Assembly (NCBI GenBank): GCA_043228905.1
Contig: JBHGNT010000016.1
Location: 12,214,001-12,278,000 of the forward strand
Source: Azolla caroliniana
Taxonomy: Eukaryota; Plantae; Polypodiophyta
Direction: 5' to 3'
DNA length: 64,000 nucleotides
The notes under the pieces: generated by a model
The model's input: only the letters and a program-made list of their open reading frames with translations
What the model was told of the DNA's origin: nothing
Databases searched by the model: none
Made by a program: the position numbers and the translations under genes
In this document: piece by piece, positions 1 through 10,611 of the stretch
How positions within the stretch are numbered: position 1 is the first letter of the stretch
Layout: the number at the start of each line of letters is the position of its first letter

Positions 1-178
1 GTGCCCATGTGGTAGAGAGATTTAGCTGAAACATGTCAAAAACAAATAGCATTACTTGACGCACAAATGTATATGTTACTTCTTGGATATATTGTATATT
101 TCTAATTTTCTTGGCTATATTGTATCTTTATAAAGACCTGTACCTATTATTCTAGGCATTCTATGTAGCATCTTTTCT

Positions 179-248
179 TGTCCAAAGCCCAACTTGAACT
201 GGAGACCTTGTGTTAGCCTAGTGTGATAACGAACTACACCATCTAGAC
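179..248 (-). pseudogene. tRNA-Val(AAC)-type pseudogene, small deletion next to the anticodon arm
   Basis: Matches the array tRNA consensus; anticodon region reads CTAACAC on the minus strand; shorter than the 74-nt consensus. Confidence 0.7.
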
Positions 249-370
249 ATATTGAGAATAACTCATAACTTGGATGGATAAATAAAAGACTAATCTCAAT
301 GGAAATTCCACATGATAATTCGAAAAGAATAAGGTAAAATGTTATTGTTGGTGTAATAGACAAGATTATT

Positions 371-444
371 TGTCCAAACCCGGACTCGAACCGGAGACCT
401 CTAGTGTGTGACACTAGGGTGATCACCAACTACACCATCTGGAT
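371..444 (-). tRNA. trnV-CAC: tRNA-Val(CAC), best-preserved copy (gene or recent pseudogene)
   Basis: Minus strand reads ATCCAGATGGTGTAGTTGGTGATCACCCTAGTGTCACACACTAGAGGTCTCCGGTTCGAGTCCGGGTTTGGACA: A box, anticodon stem CTAGT/ACTAG around CAC, B box GGTTCGAGTCC, acceptor stem TCCAGA/TTTGGA. A few substitutions relative to the array consensus. Confidence 0.75.
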
Positions 445-738
445 CAATTTATTATTAGTATTTAATAGTGTCAGATGAATTTCTTAATTAGACCAACCGA
501 TTGGTATGTCACACTGACATTGACGTAACGACTTTCTATGTTTTCCAAGGCGTAGTAACGTTGACCTAATTTATAGAAGTCTTTCTGACTACATACTATT
601 TAGATTGAAAAAGGTAGCACGTAGTTTTTCTTTGCGTAAGGTTCATGCATCAATTCCACTTAGTTTTACTAAATATATTCTACATTTATAAAAAGAAAAA
701 TAGCAATTCTTCTACTCATTCTATGTAACATTTTTTGT

Positions 739-812
739 TGTCCAAACATGGACTCGAACCAAAGATCTCTAGTGTGTAAGACCAACGTGATAAGCAACTA
801 CACTATTTGGAG
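739..812 (-). pseudogene. tRNA-Val(TAC)-type pseudogene
   Basis: Same body, anticodon loop CTTACAC; several stem mismatches. Confidence 0.75.
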
Positions 813-1587
813 ACAATTGTGAAAACCAATTTCATGGATTCAAATAAATTTGTTACTATAATTGATGCCATGTCCAAACTACATCGTCATCACTAGTTTC
901 AATGTAGCGCATGTGGTAGAGAGATTGAACTGAAACATGTTAGAAACAAATTGCACTATTTGACGCACAAATGTACACGTTGATTTTCTTGGATATATTG
1001 TATTTTTGTAATTCTGTTGGCTATATTATAGTTTTGTAAAGACGGATACCAATTAGTCTTCTCATTCTATGTAGCTTCTTTTCTTGTCCAAACCCTGACT
1101 TGAACCAAAGACGTCTAGTGTAGGATGAAAATCAACTACCCCATCTAAACATATCAATGATATCTTTTTTTCTATCTTAATTAATCTTGGTGCAATAACG
1201 ATTGAACAATAGATTGTTCTTAGATGAATTTCAAGAAATCATTTATTCGCAAAAGAATAGTTTGCAAATAAATCCGGACTCCAACCGAAGGCCTTTTGAG
1301 TGGAAGTCTACTGACATAACCAACTACACTATGTAGACGCAATTGTGAAGCTATCTCAAAACTACATGGGTATCTCGAGTTTTAATGTATCCCATGTGGT
1401 AGTGGCATTTAACTCAAACAAGTCTATAGAAAGAAACATATAGCCCTAATTGACACTAGAATTGAAGACGTCGATTTTCTTGCCTTAAGGTACATGCATG
1501 AGTTAACTTAGTTTCACTCAAGGTACATACAGGCCTATACTTCCATAAAAAGAGATTCTTCTACTCATTCTATGTAACATTTTTTGT

Positions 1588-1661
1588 TGTTGAAACACGG
1601 ATTCGAATTGAAGACCTCTAGTGTGTAAGACTAGTGTGATAACCAACTAAACTATTTGAAC
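1588..1661 (-). pseudogene. tRNA-Val(TAC)-type pseudogene
   Basis: Intact anticodon arm CTAGT-CTTACAC-ACTAG; acceptor and T stems mutated. Confidence 0.75.
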
Positions 1662-1904
1662 ACAATTGTGAAAACCAATTTCTACGATTCAAATAAATTT
1701 GTTACTTTGACTGATGGCATGTCCCAACTGCATGGTTATCATGAGTTTCAATGTAGCCCATATGGTAGAGAGATTTAGCTCAAACATGTCAGAAACTAAT
1801 AGCACTATTTGACACAGAAATGTAGACGTTGATTTTCTTGGATATATTGTATTTTTTAAAATCGGATACCAATTATTATACTCATTCTATGTAGCATCTT
1901 TTCA

Positions 1905-1977
1905 TGTCCAATCCCAGACTTGAACCGGAGACCTCTAGTGTGTTAAAGTAGTGTGATAACCAACTACACCATGTGAC
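1905..1977 (-). pseudogene. tRNA-Val(AAC)-type pseudogene
   Basis: Array consensus with AAC anticodon; mutated stems. Confidence 0.72.
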
Positions 1978-2396
1978 ATATTGGGAATAACTAGCCTTGA
2001 TCGACAAAAAAAAGACTAATCTCAATGGAAATCCCACATGTCAATTCGAAAAGAATAAGGTAAAACATTATTGTTGTTGTAATGGACAGGATTATTTGTC
2101 CAAACGATTGTCATGTCACAATGACATTCATATAACGACTTTGTAAGTTTGCCAATGACATTCATATAACTACATGGGTATCACGAGTTTCAATGTATCC
2201 TCATGTGGTAGTGGCATTTAGGTCAAACAAGTCTATAAAAAGAAACATATAGCCATAATTGACATTAGAAATGAACACGTCGATTTTCTTGGCTTAAGGT
2301 ACATGCATGAGTTCAACTTAGTTTTACTCAATATACTCTACTTCTATAAAAAGAAAGATACAAATTATTTTACTCATTCTATGTAACATTTTTTGT

Positions 2397-2470
2397 TGTC
2401 CAAACACGGATTCCAACTAAAGACCTCTAGTGTGTAAGACTAGAGTGATAATGAACTACACTATTTGGAC
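2397..2470 (-). pseudogene. tRNA-Val(TAC)-type pseudogene
   Basis: Perfect acceptor stem GTCCAAA/TTTGGAC and anticodon arm; B box and T stem damaged. Confidence 0.75.
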
Positions 2471-2639
2471 ACAATTGTGAAAACCAATTTCATGGTTTCA
2501 AATAAATTAGTTACTTTGACTGATGCCATGTCCCAACTACATGGTCATCATGAGTTTCAATGTAGCCCATGTGGTATCCGTGTACAACATCCTGCCGCTG
2601 AACCGAACACCTGTAGTGTGTAAGACTAGTGTGATATCC

Positions 2640-3076
2640 ATACAGGAGGCTAATTGTACTGAGAATGAGCATACTAGCATCACCCATGATGACAACGCAA
2701 TAAAGACCACCCAAGCAGGGGAGCACGGTGGTTTTAAGAATGAGATGACTATCACCAGCCAGGATTTGACCATGAGTACTACTACAACCCACATATAGGA
2801 GCAACAACATCTGGAGAACAAGATGAGTGCTAATTTGACTATCAATGGTTCCTTTATGAATGTATGTACAAGCATTGTAGTTGCAAAATATATAGTTGCT
2901 CTCTCAAGCTTGCACTGGTCCAAGGTGCTCGTACATCCACCCATGTCTCTGATGCCTCTGATGATGAAGTGTCACTTAGTAAGTTAATACCTAAAGGCTT
3001 TATGATGAAGAAGAATGTAAAATCACAGAAGATTGACACCAATAACAAGTGCATTACAAGATCGGCAAAATTGTGA
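2640..3076 (+). pseudogene. 3' remnant of an unknown low-complexity ORF convergent with the transposase
   Basis: Coding-like composition with stops and frameshifts, ending ...SDASDDEVSLSKLIPKGFMMKKNVKSQKIDTNNKCITRSAKL*. No recognisable domain. Confidence 0.3.
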
Positions 3077-3238
3077 AATGGTGTATTGACTCATCTAGTG
3101 TTGTTAGCGTAATGTGAAATGCTATATTGCTAATTGTAGAGAATGAGAATGCTAACAATTGTCCATTGTCATGTAGCTATGATTTTGTTGATTTGTGTAT
3201 TACGGAACATTTGACATTCATATTAGTACTAAACTAAG

Positions 3239-3262
3239 ATATATATATATATATATATATAT
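3239..3262. repeat. (AT)n microsatellite
   Basis: About 12 AT units. Confidence 0.9.
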
Positions 3263-3784
3263 CTAACCGAGATACATTGGGAGACTAAACTAATATGTAT
3301 ATTGTAATAAGTCTGGGCTGTATTGATACTTGCAAAGTATGGTCTTCTTGAGTGCACATATGCAGAGTTGATATAGAGACTTAACACAACAGGGATTAGA
3401 AATAAAAAACTCTATAATTACTAAAAACATTTACTACTATAATTACAAGAAATACTTACTATTCCGATTGATACTTGTTTTATACTATTGGTATTGATAT
3501 TCGAATAAGTTTGGGCCATATTGATGCTATGAAGTATTGATACTAGAATAAAGACTTCACACAATAGGGATTAGAAACAAGCAACTCTGTAATTACTATG
3601 AACACTTACAAAAAAAGCTCAATAATTACTAGAAACACTTTAGAAGAAAGACGAAATATATCGATTCACTTTGTCAATCATCAAAATTAATAACCGATCT
3701 AGGTACAACGTACAAATAGTGAACTACAAGAGGATGTTGCTTCGTTGCCAACTACAATGTATTAATAGGGCAACATTGAAGCAT

Positions 3785-6470
3785 TAAACACAGAGACCTC
3801 CCCCAATATGTGCTCATGAATGTCTTAGGGGACCTTGTAGACAGTGTTGTACCCTAAACATTGTGCTTTGCTTGAGTCATATTGAACATGATCGCAATAA
3901 TGGCAGCAACGTAGATTATTACGGTGGGTGCATCTTTTAGTAATGCATATGTGTTCTTGCACTGCGGCAACTTTGCATAATAGTTTCCATACACGACCGA
4001 CTCACCAATGTTGAACATGTTGCCCCAACCATCCCTCACCACTTCTTTCAATAATGTCTTCCCTTGCTTGCACACCACAATGTAGTAGTCTTCTAAATCT
4101 TCATTTTGAGGACATTTGAGCACTGCAAAATGATCTCCAACTTCCAATAAAACTGCCCAGTCTTCACGTTGGTTGTAGTATACAATATTGTTTGAATGTG
4201 CATCCTCTTCAATATCATCTTGTTGTTCAAGCTCAAGCTTCTGCAGCTTCCAAGGCTCCACGATTGATAGGTTGATGCATTCGTCCCAAGCTTCATCTAT
4301 ACATATGGAACAAATGCATGATAAAGTACGGAGTAGCAATTGTGTTGTGTCCTTGCGGTTAAACCCTAATACACAATGTGTGTTGCACGTGCCTTTCACG
4401 ATCTTACAACCATATGATTTAGTTCTATCAACATCATCAACGCAAACCTCAACAAACAATCTGTTCTTACCATCATTTGACATCTTCCATGTTAGCCACT
4501 CCACAACATCATGTGCATTTTGTAACTTAGTATTGTGTCTTCTATCAAGAGTTTTTTATGTAGCTGAAAACATAATATAGTATTGATGCACAAGGGCGGA
4601 TAGAACAGAGTTGGAGAGGATATGATAGGAGAATACCCACTTGTCTTGCAAGAATACTACAACAGTTAGTGTGTAGACAATTAGTACAAACGCAATAGGG
4701 AGTACCATATTAAGATGTAAAATTTGAACCCAACAAGTAGGAGAATTACAACAAGTAGTACTGATTCACGTGAAGGATGAGCATGAAAGTATTACTTCCT
4801 TAGACATTGCATTATACATACTAAACATATGGATTAAAAATTACCTGGCGATAAAGTAGAACGATCGTGCCGCCTTAAACTATGAGGCAAGACCATCAGA
4901 CTAGACCCAATGGTGGTTAAAGTTAAACCCTAGAGACAATAAATCTTCATGGTGAAGCTTAAAACAATGTTGAACGATAGTGTATCATGCTTTTTATCAT
5001 CTGAAATGTAAAATATTGATTTCTTATGTAACTCACCGTCTTGTCTCAAATAGCAAATATGTACAAGTATTGTACATTGATCATTGTACCAATGCATTGA
5101 TTGAACCTCATTTTGAACTTTAAATGTATAGTTTTCTGCAAAGTCAATAACGAATACCATGACACCCGGTGGTAAGTTATTAATACATTCCTTGAATTGT
5201 GAATTTTGCCAATAACTCTGGATGTTATGTGGAATGAACTCCCCAAGTTGTTTCTTAAATTCGAAGACAAGGGTGGCAGCACATTTCTCCTTATATACTT
5301 CCTTGATACGCTTACTAACAAGTCCCTTGCCGATATTTTCAGTCCATACTCTAAATATTTCCATTTCACAATATGATTGTTTCCCACATCAAGCTCTTGT
5401 CTACAAAATAATGGTAGCGAGCAAACCGTAGATGTTCTTAAAAGACATGTACGATGATGCAACTGACATGATGGTTTTTTTCCACAAACACAAGACCGCC
5501 ATAACTCAGAAATGGATGCATAGGTCATGTTTCGTGCATTAGACCTATTATCCTCCCCATGTGGTCTACAAACCTCACAAGTATAGACACATAATTCCTC
5601 GTGTATACCCTTAGAATCAGTACGCATTGCATTCACTCCAAGCCTTAACATGTCCATTTTCACGTGGTACGCACAACATATATTCCTCTCATTTAATTTT
5701 CTAACATAATATGGTTTCAAATCTTGGAACTTGCGAAATTCAACAATGATGTTTGGATGTTGGTCTTCAAAGTTCATGTAGAATTAAGCCTACATCGGCC
5801 AATATAGAGCAAACATTAATATCCACTTGGTCAAAACAAAAAATTATGGAATGTGAATTGATAAAAAAAAATGGAATACGTCAATCATCTCCAAGAAGTG
5901 TCTGGCCTAAGGGTGAATCTAGTACTTACCCCAATTCATTCGTTGTCTACACACGTCCTTCTTATTTGGTGAGACACGTGTAATTTTTGCCCAAAACAAA
6001 TCCACTTTCTCAATAATCTCCTTAGACAAGGCATCACGTCTTCGTCTACATCCTAACCCCACCCACTTGAATTGGCTTAAGTGTATATTTCGATGATGTT
6101 TCCTCAAGTTCCTTCTCTGAATACCCAAGGCTAAGACAACTTTAGTATCACCATATTTTTTTTCTCTCGCATTGTTCACAACCATGTGTAGGGTTGCCCT
6201 CTTTGCAACAAGTTTGTCTATGCTCTCTACACATTTCACTAAGTCTAGGGATGACTTCATAGACTCTACAATCTCTTCTGCAACTCAATGGTCCCTAAAT
6301 TTTATTCTCCCCATGTCTTCATTCAAACGTTGATGGTGTAGCAGTCTACATATAATATCCCTATGATCCGTCTGACTAAATCTCTTCATTATTTCTACCA
6401 AATAACGGACTATGTAAAGAACCACTCGTCTCTTGGTCCTTTCGGATATATATGAGTTAGGGGACTATCA
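3785..6470 (-). pseudogene. Sola2-like transposase pseudogene with probable introns
   Basis: ORF pieces 5919-6260, 5046-5777, 4930-5364 and 3854-4504 give Cys-rich clusters, DFAENY...EVQSMHW, YISDDKKHD, then (manual translation of 4846-4975) HWV*SDGLAS*FKAARSFYF followed by a GTAA donor, and a C-terminal SCICSIC. The third catalytic-Asp (HGK..DG-type) motif was not found. Confidence 0.65.
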
Positions 6471-7512
6471 TGGTCACTAGATATATCCAAATAAAATAAC
6501 TGTCTTGCGAGAGTAGTTAATAAAATCACAGTCAAATGTTTTTAAATGTGGCCTACAAAGTAAGAAATCATTCGTTTCGTACATTAGAAATACGTTTAAA
6601 AAAGGACACATAATCATTTCTTTATTCACAGATTTCTGAAAATGAAAAAATAGATTTCCGAAAATGTCAAAATAAAGATTAGGGTTGTTTACCACATAAA
6701 TCAATTATCGCTGAACTCTCAAACAAGTATAGGAATACTTTCAAACGAGTGGAAGAAGTGACGAAGATGAATGCAATATTGTGCCTCCAATCGGTGGACA
6801 AACCCTCAAATCGATGGAGGATGCCTCGTATTTCAATGATAATATGCCTCAAATCCGTAGAAGGAACCTCAATTTGGTGGAGGGAGCCTCGAATCTGTGT
6901 GATATTCTGCATTGATTCGGTGGAAGGACCTCGACTCGTAGGAATAAGCCTCAAATCACCGCGTGATGGAAACTGCAATCGGTGGAAGAAGCTTGAAATT
7001 GTTCTCGAAGAAGTCACTAATGGCTATTATAAGAGGCCTCAGATTAGTCTCTAATCCTCAACACAAACCCTAAAACATGTTTAGTGTTGAAGCACCCAAA
7101 TATCTGAGATAGGGTTTATGCACTCTAACGATATACATGCGTAACAAAACTTGGAGATGGGAGGACAACTCGAAACACGACATAGATGTCTGAGATGAAG
7201 AACTCAAAGAAACTCAGAGGGAGAGAGGGAGAGGACTTCGTTTGAGGGGAAGCGTCGAAAAACGTGAGGGGAAAATAGTCCCCAAAATGGCAAGAACATC
7301 TCCTCATGTGTTCCCCCCATTCCTTGTCTTAAATGTCACTTGTACTATATTCACCCCACTCCCCAAAATCGATTTTTCTTTTCTCGGATTGTTCATTTCA
7401 ACTTTTCAGTAATAACATCATCAAAAGGACTGCCGTTTTGGGTGGTAAAAAATACTACTTTCTTGGTACACCGTAGGGTGCTACAACCCTGAAAGTAATC
7501 AACAAGATTATG

Positions 7513-7586
7513 TGTTCATACGTGGACTCCAACCAGAGACCTCTAGTGTGTGAGACTAGCATGATAACCAACTACACCATCTGGAC
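7513..7586 (-). pseudogene. tRNA-Val(CAC)-type pseudogene
   Basis: 5' half GTCCAGATGGTGTAGTTGGTTATCATGCTAGTCTCACACACTAGAGGTC well preserved; T arm and 3' acceptor strand mutated. Confidence 0.78.
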
Positions 7587-7926
7587 CCATTTATCATTAT
7601 AAATGGTTTCATAGTTTGGCATGAATTTATTAATTAGACCAAGCGATTGGTATGTCAGAATGAAATGGACATAACAACTTTGTAAGTTTGCCAAGTTGTA
7701 GTGTGATTTATCTTATACAGGTCTTTGTGACTAAATCCTGTTTCCATTGAAAAAGATAGCATGGATGGAAGCCAGAAATGAAGAATTCTTTTTTCTTTGC
7801 TTAAGATATGTGCAGGACTTGTAGTTACTTTAACTAAATACTTGACTATTATCTACATGATTACGATCAGTCAACCGTGCAAAGAATAATAGTTGTGACT
7901 CTCGTCAATCTAAGTAGCACTTCTCC

Positions 7927-8000
7927 TGTCCAAACGTAGACTAAAACCGGACAAATCTAATGTGTTACAGTAGCATAAAAATCAACTACACCATCTAAAC
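7927..8000 (-). pseudogene. Highly degenerate tRNA-Val(AAC)-derived module
   Basis: Colinear with the consensus over 74 nt; shares diagnostic changes with the copies at 42988 and 45368. Confidence 0.6.
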
Positions 8001-8677
8001 ATATCAAAGATATTTATTTGTGTATCTTAATTGATGATGGTGCAATAGCGAGCTAAGATCCATTGAAAAATAGAGTGTTCTTAGCTGAATTTCAAGATAT
8101 CATTTATTCGTAAAAGAGTACTTCAAAACATACAAATAAACCTGGACTCGAACCAGAGACCTATATTCTATACGAGTAGTGCAATAACCAACTACATTAT
8201 TTGGACCCAATTGTGAAGATCAATTTCATGGATTCAAATCAATTTGATATTTCACTTACACGATGTCAAAAATACATGGGCATCACATGTTTCAATGTAT
8301 CCGATGCGTTAGTGGAATTTAACTCAAACAAGTCTCTAGAAAGAAACATATTGGCATAATTGACACAAGAAATGAACACGTCTATTTTCTTGGCAACCTC
8401 TAGTGTGTAAGACTAGCATAATAACCAACTACACTATTTGGACCTAATTGTGAAAACCAATTTCATGGATTCAACTGAATTAATTACTTTGACTGATGCG
8501 ATGTCATAACTACATCGCCATCACGAGTGTCAATGTAGCCCATGTGGTCGTGTGGCATTTAGCGCAAACATGTCTGTACATAAAAACAAATAGCACTAAT
8601 GGACACTACAAAAATGTAGACGTTGATTTTCATGGCTATATTGTATTTCTCTACTCATTCTATGTAGCATCTTTTTT

Positions 8678-8751
8678 TGTCCAAACGTGGACTTGAACTG
8701 CGAACCTCTAGTGTGTTAGACTAGCTTGATAACCAACTATATCATCTGGAC
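8678..8751 (-). pseudogene. tRNA-Val(AAC)-type pseudogene
   Basis: Anticodon arm CTAGT-CTAACAC-ACTAG intact; acceptor stem GTCCAGA/TTTGGAC intact; T arm mutated. Confidence 0.78.
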
Positions 8752-8883
8752 ATACTGAGATTAACTAGTTTGGATCGATGAATAAAAGACTGATCTCAAT
8801 GGAAATTCCTTATGTCAACTCTAAATCAATCAGTTAAAAACATTGTTGTTGTAATCGACAAGATCATGTTTCCAAACCCTGAC

Positions 8884-9301
8884 TATTAAAGATATGCCCT
8901 AATGTAAGCATATGATAAGCATAAAAGAATGATAGATAGAAAGGAGAGAGAGAAAGAAGGGTGTTGATCCACCCGACCACCCTTGAGCAAAGGGATCGAG
9001 ACGAACTCAAGCCTCAATCGGTGTCCCATACCACCGTCGCTAGAAGAGTTGACCCACCACAAGAAGAGAGTCTTGACGTAGTCAAAAGATGATCAAATGA
9101 GGGTAGCTAGGCCTTTTATTTATAGCGATACCCAAGGCTACCAAGCAAATTCACACTTGGCCTAATGGGTTGTTTCAATCCCGAGGATTAAAAGTAATCC
9201 TCCCCTTCTTTACACTCTCGTTTAACCTCACACTTATCTACATGTATAGAATACAACGGTAAATTCTCACCACGGGATATTATATGGTCATGCCCGTAAC
9301 A
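8884..9301 (-). repeat. 3' LTR of element A
   Basis: Direct repeat of 42131-42555; followed on + by a pyrimidine tract TACTCCCTCTCTTC (PPT on minus). Confidence 0.9.
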
Positions 9302-9309
9302 TACTCCCT

Positions 9310-10607
9310 CTCTTCAAAACATTGCACTCTTGCAATGGAAAATTAGGGAAGTTAGTTCTGAGAGTATTTTCGCGTTCCCATCTGGCATCTTTTATTAAAT
9401 TTATGCATCCATTTTATTTTAAATTCTTGGATTTCTTTAGTATGTAATTTTTTTGTTTTAACATCTAGAATTCTTTTTGGTACATGTGGTTTAGATAATT
9501 CTTTAGAAGTAATCAGAGTTTCAGTTCTTTTAGACGACTCACATGAAAAACTGGATGAATTTCAACACCATGGGGAAGAGCGAGACGATAGGCTGATGAC
9601 CCAATGCGTTTGAGGATTGTAAAAGGTTCACAAAACCGTGGGGCTAACTTAGCGCACTTACCCTTAGACAATGTCTTAGAATTGTGAGGTACACATAAAA
9701 ATACCTTCTGTCCAGGGTGGAATACACGAGGTTGCCTATGATGATCGGCATAAAAATGCGCTTTATCTTGAGTTGTTTTTATATAATCTCGTGCAATATG
9801 CAACATATCTTGCATATCCTAAAGAACGCTTTGCGTACTTCGCAACTCATCATGATGTATATTACATCAATTGGGGCTCGTGGCTGAATACCATACATCA
9901 ACATAAAAGAACTATATCCCGTCGATGTATGCTTGGAGTTGTTATAAGCAAACTCCAAAATTGGGAGATAACGTTCCCATTTTGTTGGTTTTGTACCAAC
10001 GTATGATCGAAGCATGTCCTCAATAATTTGATTTACTCATTTTGCCTATCCATTGGATTGAGGATGATCTGTGGAGCTAATGCTCAGTGTAGTTTCTAAC
10101 TTCCTAAAGACTTGCATCTAGAAGTCAGTAGTAAACTTTGGATATCGATCACTCACGATATCCATCGGTAACCTATAAAAACGAAGTAACTCATCAACAA
10201 ATTAGTAAGTCAATTTAGGAGATGTTACCGTGGTTTTAGTACCAATAAATTTGGCCATTTTAGTTAGTCTATCAACCACAACCCAGATGGCATCATGGCC
10301 TTTTTGGGTGCGAGGAAGGCTAACAAAAAAAACCATGGATATACTTTCCCACTTATTATTGGGAATGTCCAAGGGATGTAAAAGTCTTGTGCCTTTAAGT
10401 CACTTGGCTTTGTTAACCTGACATTGGTGACATTTAGTCACATAGCTATCTATGTATGTAAGGGCGCATCTTAGGCCAATAGAATTGAGTGGAGATGAGA
10501 ACGAGTGTACGATGTATTCCAGGGTGCCCCGCAGAGGGTGCATCATGGCATTAAAAAAGAATTCTCTTTTTGACCTTACGCAAATATGGAACACAAACCT
10601 TCCTAGT
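9310..10607 (-). pseudogene. Element A pol: integrase and C-terminal chromodomain
   Basis: KVCVP..HDAP.AGHPG, CHQCQ zinc finger, WE.YLPILEFAYNNS, KLAPRFCEPF (GPY/F), IHPVFHVS, and chromodomain-like PKRILD..F.IKW..DARWERE; multiple frameshifts. Confidence 0.88.
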
Positions 10608-10611
10608 ACGG

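Larger units (their letters stand above)
1..2636 (-). repeat. Tandem array of degenerate tRNA-Val modules with conserved AT-rich spacers (segment 1; begins before the window)
   Basis: Recurrent motif TGTCCAAAC.CGGACTCGAACCGGAGACCTCTAGTGTGT(G/A/T)AGACTAG.GTGATAACCAACTACACCATCTGGAC, the reverse complement of a plant tRNA-Val, at about 179, 371, 739, 1085, 1265, 1588, 1905, 2097 (fragment), 2397 and 2599 (fragment), with recurring spacers. Confidence 0.92.
2637..7494 (-). mobile_element. Degenerate DNA transposon, Sola2-like; boundaries approximate (left end probably truncated)
   Basis: Non-array sequence between two array segments that carries a disrupted DDD-type transposase. No TIR pair or TSD found. 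Confidence 0.6.
7495..8883 (-). repeat. tRNA-Val array segment 2 (nearly one full higher-order unit)
   Basis: Modules at 7513 (CAC), 7927 (degenerate AAC), 8133 (degenerate), 8396 (partial TAC), 8678 (AAC) and 8869 (start of the split CAC copy). Confidence 0.92.

Noticed and set aside
115-429. 104-aa ORF and similar short ORFs in the array
   Set aside because: Chance translations across tRNA modules and spacers.
1-2576. CRISPR-like repeat-spacer appearance
   Set aside because: The repeats are 74-nt tRNA derivatives, the spacers are long and themselves repeated, there are no cas genes, and the context is eukaryotic.
7470-7494. Helitron 3' end
   Set aside because: The hairpin is short, there is no CTRR terminus at the expected distance, and the element encodes a DDD-type rather than Rep/helicase protein.
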